From Setoptus koraiensis (taxonomy: Eukaryota > Animalia > Arthropoda): a DNA stretch of 64,000 bases. Positions 11,972-25,800 of the stretch are shown piece by piece. The stretch is from contig CM106586.1 in assembly GCA_048013815.1 (NCBI GenBank), forward strand, positions 6,324,001-6,388,000. Reading direction: 5' to 3'. The notes beneath the pieces were generated by a model, which had not been told where the DNA came from, ran no database searches, and saw nothing but the letters and a program-made list of their open reading frames with translations. Both the position numbers and the translations under genes were made by a program. Positions within the stretch are counted from its first letter, which is position 1. Each line of letters starts with the position of its first letter.

Positions 11972-14900
11972 TCGTTTCTTTTCCGCTGTCTATGTGTGTG
12001 TCTGACTCACTGTCCACCAATGTCGGTGTCTATGAATATTATCAAATAAATTACAATATATTTAAATAATAATTCAAATGAGCAGCGGATTACAAGCTTG
12101 TTATTGTATAATATCCAATAATATTTTGTTCTGTCTTGACACTGGTGGCTATGGTTGTTTGAGAGGGATGGATTATTGCTATTATTATTACTATTGATGT
12201 TATTGTTATTATTGTTCGACACTTGACGCCATTTCGATTGATGTAATAGCAAAGGTTTTGCTGTCGCACTTGGCCAGAGAAAGCTACCCACGAGACTATG
12301 ACACAATTGTTGTTAACTTTTGATGTTTCTGACAAACACAACTGTGGGCCTCACTTCTGCTGCCACTGTATTTGCGCCATTTTCTGCTCCTATTATTGCC
12401 AATATTATTGACGAATTTGACTGGAATTTTACTATCGACAAGAATTCTATTATTTCCTCAATTTAATCGAATCAAAACAATCAAACCACAGTTGCCTCAT
12501 GAATGTAATCATTACATAAGCAACAATGGCTGCTTGCTTGTTGATGAAAAAAAAAATGAAAAAAAAAAAACATACCTTTGCCCTTCTAAAGTGATTTCCG
12601 AGAAGAAGGCTTAAAGTTCAAGAGAATCCTCTTGCTAGTCTTGCTATTAGAGTCTATCGAATCTAATAGTAAATCAGTTCACAATTTCTATTCTTTGTGG
12701 CTGCTCATTTTTCTTGTCTATCCAAACACTAACACTGATACCTGAACTAGCTAGCTCAAAGTTGTTTTTGTTGTGAGAAGGAGAATTAACCAATCCGTTA
12801 GCATTATAAATATAAATAACAAACTGCGCACTTTGTTGTAGAGTCAACCTCTTCATTGCCACGCAATTAACTTTGCTGAGTCCGTTATTAAGCTTATAAT
12901 GCTTTTGAAGCTGCTTTTAGCATCTCTGGTGCCATTTATACTCCAATTGTTGGAGTGCGATGAGTCGAGCCGCTACTTGAGCGAGCTGCAATCGATCTAA
13001 CTGGAACTCAATCAACCCGCTGGCTGTTGGGATGCGTTCTATCCAAGAAGCGATTTCATCGTTGAGACCGTTAATTTCGAACAGAACTGAAGAAGCTCGC
13101 TCACAGTTTACAATTCAGAGCGATTCAGTAACCAGCGTCGTGGCAAGTTCAACGAGTTGCGTAAGCTACCAAAATCGTTGGCTGTCTGCTCACGATATTC
13201 ACAATAAAAGGACCAAAAGGATTCTCTCGCCGTGTGCCTTTGCATTTGAATGGTAACGATTCTGGAAAATGGACGATTCTTCGGATCGAATCAGCTCTTT
13301 TTGTGATGATTTTTGTATTTCGTTCAGTTGGTTGCGATCAGAGCGCAACACTGTGCCACCTGTTGCGGTGAGCAGTGAGCATACATAAGCGAGCTAGTAT
13401 TTTTGCTAATGAACTTGAAAAACCCGCAGAAGCATCTCGTACGTTGTCGATACTACACACTGAATTCTTTCCTCGACTTTTCCATTCCTTCGTTGCTGTT
13501 GCTGTGACAACGCAAGCCGAGCCAACAATTCACACCAATGGAAAAAACCTAAATAAACAAACATAAACAAGTTAATGTTGCTGTTGCTGTTAATGCTAAT
13601 GAGCGTTCGAGCTCACGAACAACAACAACAACAGCGACTGGCGTGGTTTTACCCGAGACATCAATCTAGTGATTGATTCGAAATTCCTCCATTACGTTGC
13701 ATGTAACATTGTCGGCCACGCTGCTACCGGAGATCGTATAAAGTAATGCTAACTATTTCGCGAACATAAGATAGCGCCGGCGAAAGGTGATAATCTGCGA
13801 TTATCTCTCCTGTCGGGCACAAAACACATACATGAATTAATCGTCATTGAATTTAACAGTTACACGCCGATTGTGTGTGACACAATGTGTCTATCAATGT
13901 GTCTAGAGCCATTGCAGAGACTCTATTTGCTCTGATGGCTTAGTTTAGTTCTGGTACATTGTTGGTGCAATATAATAAGAGCGATCTCGCGGAAACAAAC
14001 GTCGTGAGTTCACTTTGATAAACAGTTTACCTTGAAAGAATGAGGAAATTAATTGACTAGCTTATTTTGAGAAAACTAACGCAAACAACAACATTTCGTT
14101 AATCAGTGTCGGACTGGATTCATTATTGGCTTGTGTATAGTATAGTATAAATTGGTATTTGATAGCGATCAAGACGAGATGACGACACCAACTTGTCAAC
14201 ATTTCCAGACGACATTGGTGTGGTTCAAAGAAGTCTTGTCTGGGGGCGCTGAAAGCTTTCCAGAGGCTTTGCAAGCGATACATTGCTCGCACAGGTTGAG
14301 CCAAACAATCTTAAAAAGGACAACTTTAAGCGAGCCACCATGGTTTGTTGGTACAATACGCAGCATCTGTAGCGCCTCTAGTGTGGACGTGTCCAACTTG
14401 ACTACAGGCATACGCTGTGACTTGTGTCATCATTAGATCAACATACTCGAAATTATCTAGATCATTAGGACTAGGATTGGACATAGAAAAATAAACCGTA
14501 AACAAACTAATAAAATGCTTCCGCTGTTGTTATGTAACAACAGCAAGATGTCTGTGCGAAGATGGTCTAACAAACATTCGATAAGACAGGCAAAAATTAA
14601 TAAAAAATAAGGTTGGCATAGGTTATTAAATGCACCTTGCGTGGACTGTGCGTGCCATAAGAATGACACAGCAAAGGCCAACGTGTTGGCCCTAAGAGTC
14701 CGTCTAATGACAATGTCACCAAATGGGATCTAATTGAATTGTTGTTGCTGCAAACAAACTGACACCTTGTGAATGCACCTGAATAGTTGATGCTCTTACA
14801 CAACATAATCACATGTAAATCACAGACACAATATCCGCACAATAAAGCTCTCGATATATTACATATGTATGTTAGCTCATTACAATGGCCACGGAAGAAA

Positions 14901-17900
14901 GGAAGCTGCTGCTGCTCTTGCTCTTTGAGTGACTGTCAAGCATTCATTCCAATTCATTGTTTGTTTGTTTGTTATCTAACAATGGAAAACAACATATCAT
15001 GATGATAAAAACACATTATATTATGACAAGCTTGTCAGCGTCATTGTGGCGTTTATTACGTAAAACTGACTTCTTGACATTGAGCGAGCACCATTGCATA
15101 AGTGTTGTCGTCACACTGTCTCATTAGACCAAATGATGATCGGCATGAAATCATGGTCATGTCATTGTTTCTTGTTGTGCTGTTGCTGTTGTTGATGTTG
15201 TTGCAGTTGTATATAATGTTAATTAGGTTAATACAATTGATTGATTTCGATTAAAATGAAGAAAGAGAAGCAACAGGAAAATAAGTGATGACGTCATAGT
15301 GGAAAAATACAACTTATTTAGTCTATTATTGAATGAGTGGCAACATGTTGTTTCCACTCATTGATCACTCCTGCTCTCACCTTGACATAAGACACTATCT
15401 AGTCTGTTGTGTGAATAGCGCTATTACCTTCAATCAATAGCTGGTTTCAAGTTTATAACAAGTCACATGTTTACAAACAAATTCATTCCGATATTTCTTG
15501 CAGAGAAAAATTCCACTTGGCATGCATGATGTGACACAGCGTTTTCAAGTTTTCTTTGTAATTCATTCGAAATAAATCACTCAACTTGTTGAATCTATTT
15601 TACAAGTCTAGAAAGAACATTGCCCACTCAATTGACGCATGATGATACTATACTCATTACGTATTGTATTCTAGAAATTACCACAGCCCGCCGTTATTGT
15701 TTTTTTTTAATTTTTGTCATCAAACGAATAATTATCAAACAGCAATTATTATGTAATCCCTTTATTGTAAATGGGTACTCTTTTGAGTATCTTTTTTTTG
15801 TTTGTTGTTTGTTTTTTTTTCAGAGTAACTGACCATATCCTATGATGGCAATGCGCGAGGCAGCTGCCCAGTGTGTGAATTATCTGGGGTTCATTCAGGT
15901 TAACAAAAATCAGTGATATATTTAGTGGGTGTAAGTGGTAATCTAATGATGTAAAGTGCCTAGTCGACAACACGAGGCATGAATGATTTCGTATGGTGAC
16001 GTAGTTGCTGATATAATTTGATTTAGTGGACATGCTAGTGGTGGACATTATTTCATGGGTTGCTGTCAAACTTTTTTCTCCCATTGAAAATCGCAACGTT
16101 GAGAAACTTGTCATCTTGTTCTTAAGCAAGCAAGAACAAGGTGACGAAGAACGGAGTCAATGACACCCATGTCAATGAATTGTCAAACACTTTCAGCAGA
16201 GTTACTATGCAACAGATCTCAACTATTAGAGATGAATACAATTCAAACGGTCGTTGAATGACCGCACTTGCTGTATATGAAACTCATCAACTTTGTCCTA
16301 CCGTCACCCTTTTATGCATTACCCTTCACCGCCGAATCGCCAATTCATCAAGCTAGTATTATAAAATTCTCTATTAGAATGATCCGTACTCACCAAAGCA
16401 AACCATTCAAGTAGGGTTATCTTGGCTCATTCACCAGCTGAAAGCATCTAGCTTGAGCGCGAGACTAATCATTTAGCCAGCCAGTACAATAGTCAATACA
16501 ATAGTTGATACATCTAGTAAGTACGATATCATTTCTCCACACAAGCAAGCGATAACAATTGTCCTTGGATTTTGAGGCTGCAACCATCATGCTAATTGTA
16601 ATCATGGATAGTCTGTTTATTTATGCGCATCCTTTTACGACTCTATCCACTGCCATGTTGGCAGGTTGTTCTTTTCTTGGTAGTTCATTTGTAGGCATCC
16701 AGTAATTCAATAGATATGGACTGTTGACATTTGATAATAATGGGTCGGTGACAATTCCTCAAACGACTTTTCTTCAGATGCCAATTCTTCCAATCAATCA
16801 CATTTTCGTGATTACATACTTACCTAAGTGTGCAGTTATAAATTTCAACCAGCACTCAGTACTCCCCGAGACAGGAAGTTATTTTTTAATGCCTTAAGTC
16901 ACCAGAGATGTAATAAATGGACTTTGGAATATTATTAGTCTGGAGTGCTACTTCTCATAACAGCGTCAGAGGACACATGAAGCTGTGAAATAGATTAGAT
17001 TCAAAAAAGCAGTTGCAGCTCAGAGTGATCAGCTAATATCCGGCTATTAATTAATGCATACAATGATTCTCGATGCCTAATTGTAAACTGTCTGTGCATT
17101 CAAATCACGTGAACATAAGATCCTTATAAATAAGAAAAAGCTCTCTTACTCATTATCGAAGCTGTTTTAATCATACTAGATTGTGATCTAAATCAAACAT
17201 GCGAACATAGGCGAAGGTCTTGCTATTGCTTGTGATTACTAGAACATTTAATTTAACTCCAACTTGTCACTTGTCATTTGCTCTGACGTAAGCACAATGT
17301 GTGACTAAAACGATCATAAGGATTAACTACATGTAGGCGTCACAATTCAAATTACATAACAGTTAGTCTCTATGTGACCTAAATCAGATATAACTCGGAA
17401 TTTTATCTCTTCTTGGCCATAATATTAATACAATAACATCACTCTGATAATCCATCTGAAGTTTGTTAGACGACAGCTTTATGATTCAATGTGCGAAAAT
17501 ACTTTCGAAAGTGTCATGATTTCCACTGGAAAGTCCGCTTCGTTACCTAAGAACAAACAAGCGTCGCATTAGATAAATAGCTACAAAAACATCGACATTG
17601 TTTCACACATGGCGCAACATTCATTTTTCTTCTCAAACAGTTTTGACATTGCAAAGCAATCAAGTTCTCTGAGCTATCTACTCTTTGTCGCAATGTCATT
17701 TTTGTATAGCTCTCCAGCTTGTCTATTATTAGAGTTGTTTGTCTTACATCACATACAAAAGTCTCGAATCCGCTTTCTTATAAAAAATGTTTGAGGAAAT
17801 TGATACAGATAGTCAACGTGGACAATCAACAGTGAGACATGCTCTACAAAGTCACACTCCCTAAAACTACTGTTACTGTCTTTAAGACAGTCTCATAGTA

Positions 17901-18709
17901 GACAAATCGAACCTATCCGTCTCAGTCAACAACAATCCGTTGATGTTGAGTTGCAAAATTATCATGAAGATAATTTTATATTAAGAGATAAAACTTCGAG
18001 AGGCTCAACACTTATGTCAAAGTTGATCTGTGGCGAACAGACTGGCAAGATTGCGGTATTGAAACCGGATGTTTCTTGGATATGTGCTAAATCTCACAAT
18101 ATTGATTGTGGTTACAGTTATCTACAATAGTATATGCCATTAACCAGAATCCATACTTGCAAACTTAGTAATTTATTAATCGGGTATCATATAAATCTAT
18201 CTATCTATCTATCTCCCTATCGCTGCATGATCAAATGCAAGTAGTTTATATACATATATGGTCTCCTTAAGCCTGCTTCTTGTTTTCATCTCATATCTGT
18301 ACAAAGTAGATATACTTACAACATTTATACATACTAGTTCACAAAGTCTAAAGAGGGCTTAATATTTTTTAGTTTAGTTTTCAATTAAATCCTCTTTTGC
18401 AGTTATAATTGATCCTTCCCAATTGTGTGTATCCATCTATATCGTGAAAAGAAATATCAATTTTGAATGTAATCGCATTTGCGTCTCGTCTTCTATTCAA
18501 GTTGTTGTTGCTCAATTCTATATGTTTGTATCAACAACATCCAGGCTAGAGTAGTAGACTGCCATGCATAGTTTAGTGTATTTTTGATTGACATGTTGTT
18601 GTCCTGTGAATTTATTCATTAAAGTAGAAGAAAATTATTGACCCACAATCTTTGCTTATAAAGTTCAGGAACATTAAGGCAGATAACCAATTCAAATGTA
18701 CTAATGAGC

Positions 18710-18870
18710 CTACTCTTGAGGTGCTGTTCCCGCATTCGATTGTTCAGGTTGTTCAATTTGTTGTTGTTGCTTATCCCTAAGTGCTTCTCCTATTTGCATA
18801 GCCTGCACCATAAATTGTTTTGATTCTCCTCCTCTTGCCTTTGTCCTTGTAGGTCAATTCGATAGGGCTG
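18710..18870 (-). pseudogene. Decayed tandem duplicate of the PP2A-B56 C-terminal coding segment (or alternative terminal exon)
   Basis: Reads PYRIDLQGQRQEEENQNNLWCRLCK* versus parent [28 protein letters not shown] frameshifted poly-Q tail follows. Confidence 0.75.
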
Positions 18871-18953
18871 ACCAAATAAAGTGAAATCATCGGAAAATAG
18901 ACATTTAGCAGTATATTTTATTGTAGCTTACATGGTTACATTAGGGAATTTTT

Positions 18954-20528
18954 TTATTTGGGTTCTTGAAGTTGCTGGTGAAGCTGTTGGTGTTGTTGTT
19001 GTTGTTGCTGCTGTTGAAGTTGTTGCTGTTGCTGCCTATGTGCTAACTCTAATTTACTCAGCCTACACCATAGATCGTCTCGATCTTTTTCCTTTTGCCT
19101 TTCTTTCTGAAGGTCAGTTCTATATGAGGCTGTCAATTCATCAAATAGTGCAGAATTCACATCCATAAACGTCCTCAACACATTGTATACTAAAGCCACT
19201 ATAGTTTGATTCCAATGTGTTTTTGATATTCGGTACAATGCTTTGAACATGATGGGCATGATTGTATTAGAATTCTCATCTACCAGTGAAGATATATATT
19301 CATTGTTCCAAAAGTAGAGAGCCCTTTCAGCTACTTGAAAATGGGGACTTGATACACAACGAGCTATCTGCTGGAAAAGCTTCTCTTGAATTTTTACAAA
19401 TTGTGTTGGTTCGATTACATCCAAAATTTCTTCAATTTCACCAAGGAACATCACTTCTTTCTGGGAACACGTCTTTGGCCAGTATCTTAGTAGACCCTTG
19501 ATAACGTGTTCTGTCAAGGTGGCATCTTTTTCTAAAAACTGCACTACACAATAAGCCAACTGGGCATGATATAGTCCCAAACATTTAGGTTTATGCAGAG
19601 GAATGAGAACTTTGATTAAAAATTGTTTATGTTCCGCCTTAAGTGGTAATGCAAAACCATTGATAATACTGTGAGATCATCCATCGATAAAAGAAGGAAG
19701 AATGATTGTTAGAAAAGAACAAATGAATATCATATAATTGCAGTATAATGAATCATAATAATAGTAATAATATTATTCATTGTTGATAACTCACCTCCCT
19801 AATATCTCAAGCAACTCTCCTACACCATTGAATTGCTCTGTTTCATATATGAATCTCAAGAATATATTATTGATTTGTTTCCTAATAAACGCACGTAGGC
19901 CCAAAAATTTCCCGTATATACGATGTAAAACTGTCTTTAAATAATCTCTCTCTCGTGGATCCTCACTATCAAATAGTTCTAATAATTGTAATACAAACTT
20001 CTGGTCGATCACTTTTTTGCCGATTGCGGGTTGAAAATCTGGCGATTCTAAGAATCTAAGAAAGAATTGATAAACTGATTCTAAATGTGGCCAGCTAGCC
20101 TCTAACGTTGGATCATCCTCTTCGGGATCAAAATCGGGATTATCACTTGGAGGTAATGTCCTAAACAGATTACTTGATATCATACGTATAATTTCTGGGT
20201 AGACGCCTTCAGTCAGAACGTTGTGGCCGTATCTGATATATTCGTCTAGCTCATTGAGTGTGGCTCTTTTTATTTCTTTTCCTTTAAGATCACTGACGGG
20301 GTCCACAAAATCAAATACAACGCAACATTGTCCCAGTTTTCTAATAAATAACGCTTCTTGTTCATTTTGTGGCACTACATTTAACTTAGGAAGTTCTGTC
20401 TCCATTTCCATTTTACTGGTGTTGCGATACCTCGACGATTGTTGCTTAGATTTTCGCTTAAATGATGCTGTTCTCATGGGAGATAGCGTTGATGTTGTTA
20501 TTGGTGGTGTTGGTGTTGGTGTAGCCAT
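18954..20528 (-). CDS. wdb: PP2A B56 (B') regulatory subunit, widerborst/PPP2R5A-E type; exons 20528-19795 and 19668-18954
   Basis: Hallmark B56 sequence ([55 protein letters not shown]). The GT-AG intron 19794-19669 restores [18 protein letters not shown]. Confidence 0.97.
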
Positions 20529-22852
20529 GATGATAAATAATATAATATCTTTTGTTAATATGTAGATATAATCGAATAATAATTATGTAACATCACCACG
20601 TCGCATTTCTAATAATACCATTAACATTATTATTATTATTATTATTGAGCTATACTATACTAATAATAACAGCACTACGCTAGAGAGGCGCAGATTCATT
20701 TATTTTTGAGCACAGAATTTGTTATGGTACACGCTTATCCATGCCAATTGTACACTGTGCACGATGTGTGTGATATTTTAAAGGATGGCACTAGGCAAGT
20801 TCAATAAATTCACACTTGGAGGGCAAATGTCGACTTTTCTAAACACTTTGATACGCCTTAATGGCCTATCTCTTAGCAACTTGAACTGTTTGGACCCATC
20901 TTTAAGCGCCCCCAGGCGTAGCTTCCGTGAAGTGAGTTACTGGCCATGAAGAATAGTCGCCCAATGTAGCACAGAATCTGTGGCCAATTATACACCATTC
21001 ACATACCACAATAGCAATCTGAGCGACAAACTATAATCTGTGCTCATCTTGCTGCACTACTCTACATAGGAGCGCTGTGTTGTGGTGCTCACTGTGCAGC
21101 AAGTACAGGAGTTTATATGAAATCAGCCTATATGAAACAAGGATGGTACACAGAAAGAGAGAGAGAGAGAGGCAACGATGATTTGAAGACGTCTTCGGTG
21201 CAGCAGCAGCAGTCTGTTTTGTGCCTCCCTTTGAATGAAGTTTTTGCGCTGCTAGTAAGCAGTGGCGGTGGTGGTAAAGCACACGTCTCCCATTCGTTTC
21301 TCCCACCTTTTACAAAGCATTTTTTAGGTGCGCGAAGTACAAAAGCGCGCAAAATTCAAAATGAAAAAAAAGAAAAGAAAAAAGGTTTCGATGAATTGTT
21401 GTTGTTTAGTCGGTATAATGTTATGTTCAACAACAACATGGCTTTTTCATTCATTTCCTTTCATGACAACACAATTTAGACGTTACATACGAGCATTGAA
21501 TTATATGGATATTGAATTCAGACTCATGTCATTTGATTGTGTTGTTGTTAATTTATAATCTAGTTGTTGTTGATGAAAAATTAATTCCGTGTGAATACGT
21601 TTTCTCGTCTCATTGTAAATGTGCTTTACTCTCTGTAAACGCAGAGAATATCTACTAACTTTCAACGACACACACACAGACACACACACCAACTCACTTA
21701 CAGAATGGACACGAAAAAACGAATAGTATGCGAATGTGATACATACAATGAATGTACGCACACACGAAAAAGAGAGCGAAAAACAATTGGTTCCATCTGT
21801 ATGTTCACTAGCCTACTGTGTGTCAAGAGATAGGTGAGGAGTTTTTGAATGTGTGACAGCTCTTATAATATATATATTGGGCTAAACAACGGCATCAAAC
21901 AGAAACAATTCATCTATCTATTATTATATTATTATCATAGTTAACATGTATCAATGTTGACATTACATTTGCATGCTGTGTCATTATTATTATCGCTAAT
22001 ACCATAGGACCATTATTAATATTATCGCTACTAGTGCTGAATGAAAAACAGTCACCTTCAATTAAGGTACACTAGACTGGAATTACCGATTATTAAGCCA
22101 AATAAGAGAATCAAATGACAGGGATATTACTTATCAATCATTACTTCTATCTTGATCATTGCAGCATCTCAAAATATTGTTACATGATAACGTTGCGGCG
22201 GCTGCCAAAGGATGAAGCCATCAAGACTTAAGAAAATCTAGAAAATGATCATTTGTCTAGGCGTATATCAACTGGCCATTAACATTATCATCTATATTAC
22301 AAGCAGCAATCATTTAGGCAAGATAGGGACGAAAAGACGGTGAACATTGGATAATGTCTCCAATCATATTCCAGCTTTGTCAACACTATTATTTCTACAT
22401 TTTCCTCACCCTCATCTGAATTGTCACTAGATAAAGCCAACCTCATCGTGGTTCTAACAGATGTTTTTTCTATTCACTTGGATATCTAGCTTTCGAAAAA
22501 CACACCCACTATCTACATAGTAATACCAACCACCTATTCATGGTATTCGATAACAAATCGCATTATTTACATTTCACCCAAGAACCTTAGTGACCCTTAT
22601 AAAAACAACTACCTTGATCAACCGGTGAAAGCACCTTATTATCAGCGAACAAACTAGATTTGCTTTTTATAAGGGACCTTTTCATGCTGACCGGTTACAT
22701 TTCCATCACTCATCAATAGCATACTACAATACGTATGTCAATAATATATTAGTTATAACGTTCAATTGTTATATAGAGACAAAAAAAACTTATACATTCT
22801 TCAACCTAAGGCCTCTTGGTATTAATTTAAGCACAGACCAAACCAAGTAATC

Positions 22853-25800
22853 ATGGCCAACTCAACCTCTCAAATAACAGCACGTGAATTCATTGAGAAA
22901 ACACGTGAAGACATAAATGGAAATTCACCCACAGCTATGTCGTTCTTCAATAAGAGACTACCTCATTTCAAAAACACGATCAATAGTCTCGATACTTCTA
23001 TCGAATTAGATAGAGATAACCTGGTAAAAATGAAGAAAGCTCTTAAAGCAATGTCGAATAACGTTAACGCGCACCTAGAAAACGATACTAACCTTTGTAA
23101 GGTTTTAGAAAAACTGGGGGCTAGCTCCATATCAAGAGAGGAAGAGCTGGAAATAGGCCAAGCTTTCATTAAATTCTCGATAGTAGCATCTGAATTATCC
23201 ACTGTTGTTAAAACTCTCATGCAAAACTTGAGTAATCGAGTTATGTTTCCCTTGGAAAGCATGCTAAAAAGTGATCTCAAATCTATTAATGGTGATCTCA
23301 AGAGACCGGTTGATAAGGCATTAAGTGATTATGAATCCAGACTTGCAAAATTAGAAAAAGATAAGAAGAAAAAAACACATCATCTAGATAAGACCAAAGA
23401 CAACAATAATATATCGACCAACAGTCATCAGTTTCGAGCCACTCAGACAAGTGGCTCATATCAATCAGAGCAACCATCTTCCATAGAGTTACTATCCTCA
23501 GATAGCATTGATTCATCCCTTAGTACAATAGCTGATAAAGAGAAACGAATCTTCCAATTGCACTTGTGTGACTATCTGATTCGAGTCAATGATATCAAAA
23601 CTCGCAAAGGTGTTGATCTTTTACAACATCTTGTGGAACACTTCAACGCCCAAGCTACTTTCTTTCGAGAGGGTTTAAAAACAATCGAACATTATAGCAC
23701 CTATATTAGCGAACTCAGTCAACGCCTCGGAGAGCTAAAAATTGAACAAGATGAAGAACGGAAGTGTCTAATTGAATTACGTAACAACCTTAAGGCCTCG
23801 ACTCCTTACTTGGATATTAATTCGGGAAATAAAGACAGAGTTGACTCTAACTTCACATCCGATGCGGCTCATGATAATACAATAAATTCATACAATCATA
23901 TTTCCTCAGATCGTCGAGATTCCTCAATCCATGGGTACAGTCTTCACCAGCTGCAAGGAAATCTAAGCTATGGATTCAGTAAATCTGGGTATCTGCTCAA
24001 AAAATCCGAGGGAAAAATGCGAGTCAAGGCATGGCATAAGCGCAGATGTGATATAACCGATGGATTTTTATGCATATACCACTCAGACGAAGCTAAAACA
24101 CCTACAAAACTAAATCTTTTGACATGTCAAGTGAAACCAGTGACGGGCGAAGAAAAAAAATGTTTTGATCTCATATCGTACAATCGTACGTATCACTTCC
24201 AAGTAGAGGATGATTCAGATTTAACTGCATGGGTGTCAGTATTGATTAATTGTAAAGAGGGAGCTCTAAAAAGAGAGTTTGATAATAGCCAACTGCAACA
24301 ACAGCAAAGTTTACTTGGTATTGATCAAGTAGATTTTTCACCCGGTGGTAGTCAAAGGATTCGAAGGATAGGTACTAGAAAGCAAAATATCCTCCATATT
24401 CAGCAAACTTTGATTAGTCAAGTGCAAGCACTTCCTGGCAACAATCGCTGTGTTGATTGCTCGACTACATCAAATGAGCCGACTTGGTTATCTACTAATC
24501 TCGGAGTGCTTACCTGCATCGAGTGTTCTGGCATCCATCGCGATCTTGGTGTTCAAATATCGAGGATACAATCTCTGACTTTGGATAACATTGGAACTTC
24601 ACAACTTTTGATCGCTCACAATATGGGAAATGACGTCTTCAACGAAGTATTTGAAGCTCAACTCAATGATCCAACGAGGGCCAGCTTAAATGACATCCAG
24701 AAACCTAAACCAAATAGCTCTATGGAGCAAAGGTGTGAATTTATCAGAGCAAAATACATGCACCGCAAGTTTTGTACCAAGGTTCACACCGATGAGGCAT
24801 CTCAGGTAGCAAGGCTGAGGAAAGCCATAGTGGACAATGACCTGAAGCATCTACTTCAGATTTTTGGCGAAGGTGTTGACTTAGCTAGTTACCTAACACT
24901 CACCGATAGCGAGAGTCCGAGTGGGTCCTGCCCCTCCAAATCAGACACAAATAATGATTTGAACGAGACCAGTCTTCATCTTGTCATCCACAATCAGGCC
25001 AATCAAGGAACCAAGAATGTAGCTTCCAAAAGTGCCTTACACATCTTGGACTTCATTATACAGAATAGTCGGACATTGAACAGACAGAATGTCTTGGGAG
25101 AGACTGCTCTTCACTATTGTATTAAGTACAATCAACCCGAGAGCATGAAATTACTTCTTAGGACCGGAGCCGATCTCAATATAAAGGATTCTTCTGGATT
25201 TACACCATTAGAAATGGCCCGTATGTCTTCTTTGGATTACTTTGTTGAGCTACTAGAACAAGCAATTCAAAACAAAAAATCAATGTTCGACAACGTTTAC
25301 TCGGATCGGGGTATCTCGTTTTCCACCAACACCGAGTCTAGTTGTGAAGATTCTAGTGATGATGAGCAAATCACTAGAATGGAAAAGAGTCGATCGGATA
25401 AGGTATACGTGGGCGTAAATAGATCTCGAAGAGACTCTACTGACAATGCCATCTCTCAACAACGTAGAATCGCAAATGAAGTGGCGGCATTCCATGCTCA
25501 GTCGGCTGAAAAAAAGAAAGCTCAGGTACATAGACTGAGAAGTAGTGATAGTGGTGGATCTCCACCGACTTTATCTCCAGTAGCCACATCCCCCGAAGCT
25601 GATGTTAAATTAAGTGACGAAAACGACGACTCCTTAGTATGCGACTCTGGATCACCTAACTCTATCATCAATAGATTGCATGCTAGAACGCCATCAGATC
25701 CTATTGTTAGAAAAACACTAGTCAACCCAAGTCCACGATCTGATTCTACTCCAAGTCCAAATCATAACATCAGTAGCCTTGTGATCCCTTCAAGTTCACC

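Noticed and set aside
14196-14411. Minus-strand frame faintly resembling a retroviral integrase HHCC finger (NHGG...CEQCIAC)
   Set aside because: Spacing is wrong and no DDE core, RT or LTRs are visible; cannot be supported without a profile search.
16814-16826. ATACTTACCT, identical to the U1 snRNA 5' end
   Set aside because: Downstream sequence does not match U1; it is the reverse complement of a consensus splice donor.
22963-25725. Antisense ORFs inside ASAP1 (likewise inside SEC63, SUOX, ptc and the zinc-finger gene)
   Set aside because: Shadow ORFs of real coding sequence on the opposite strand or frame.
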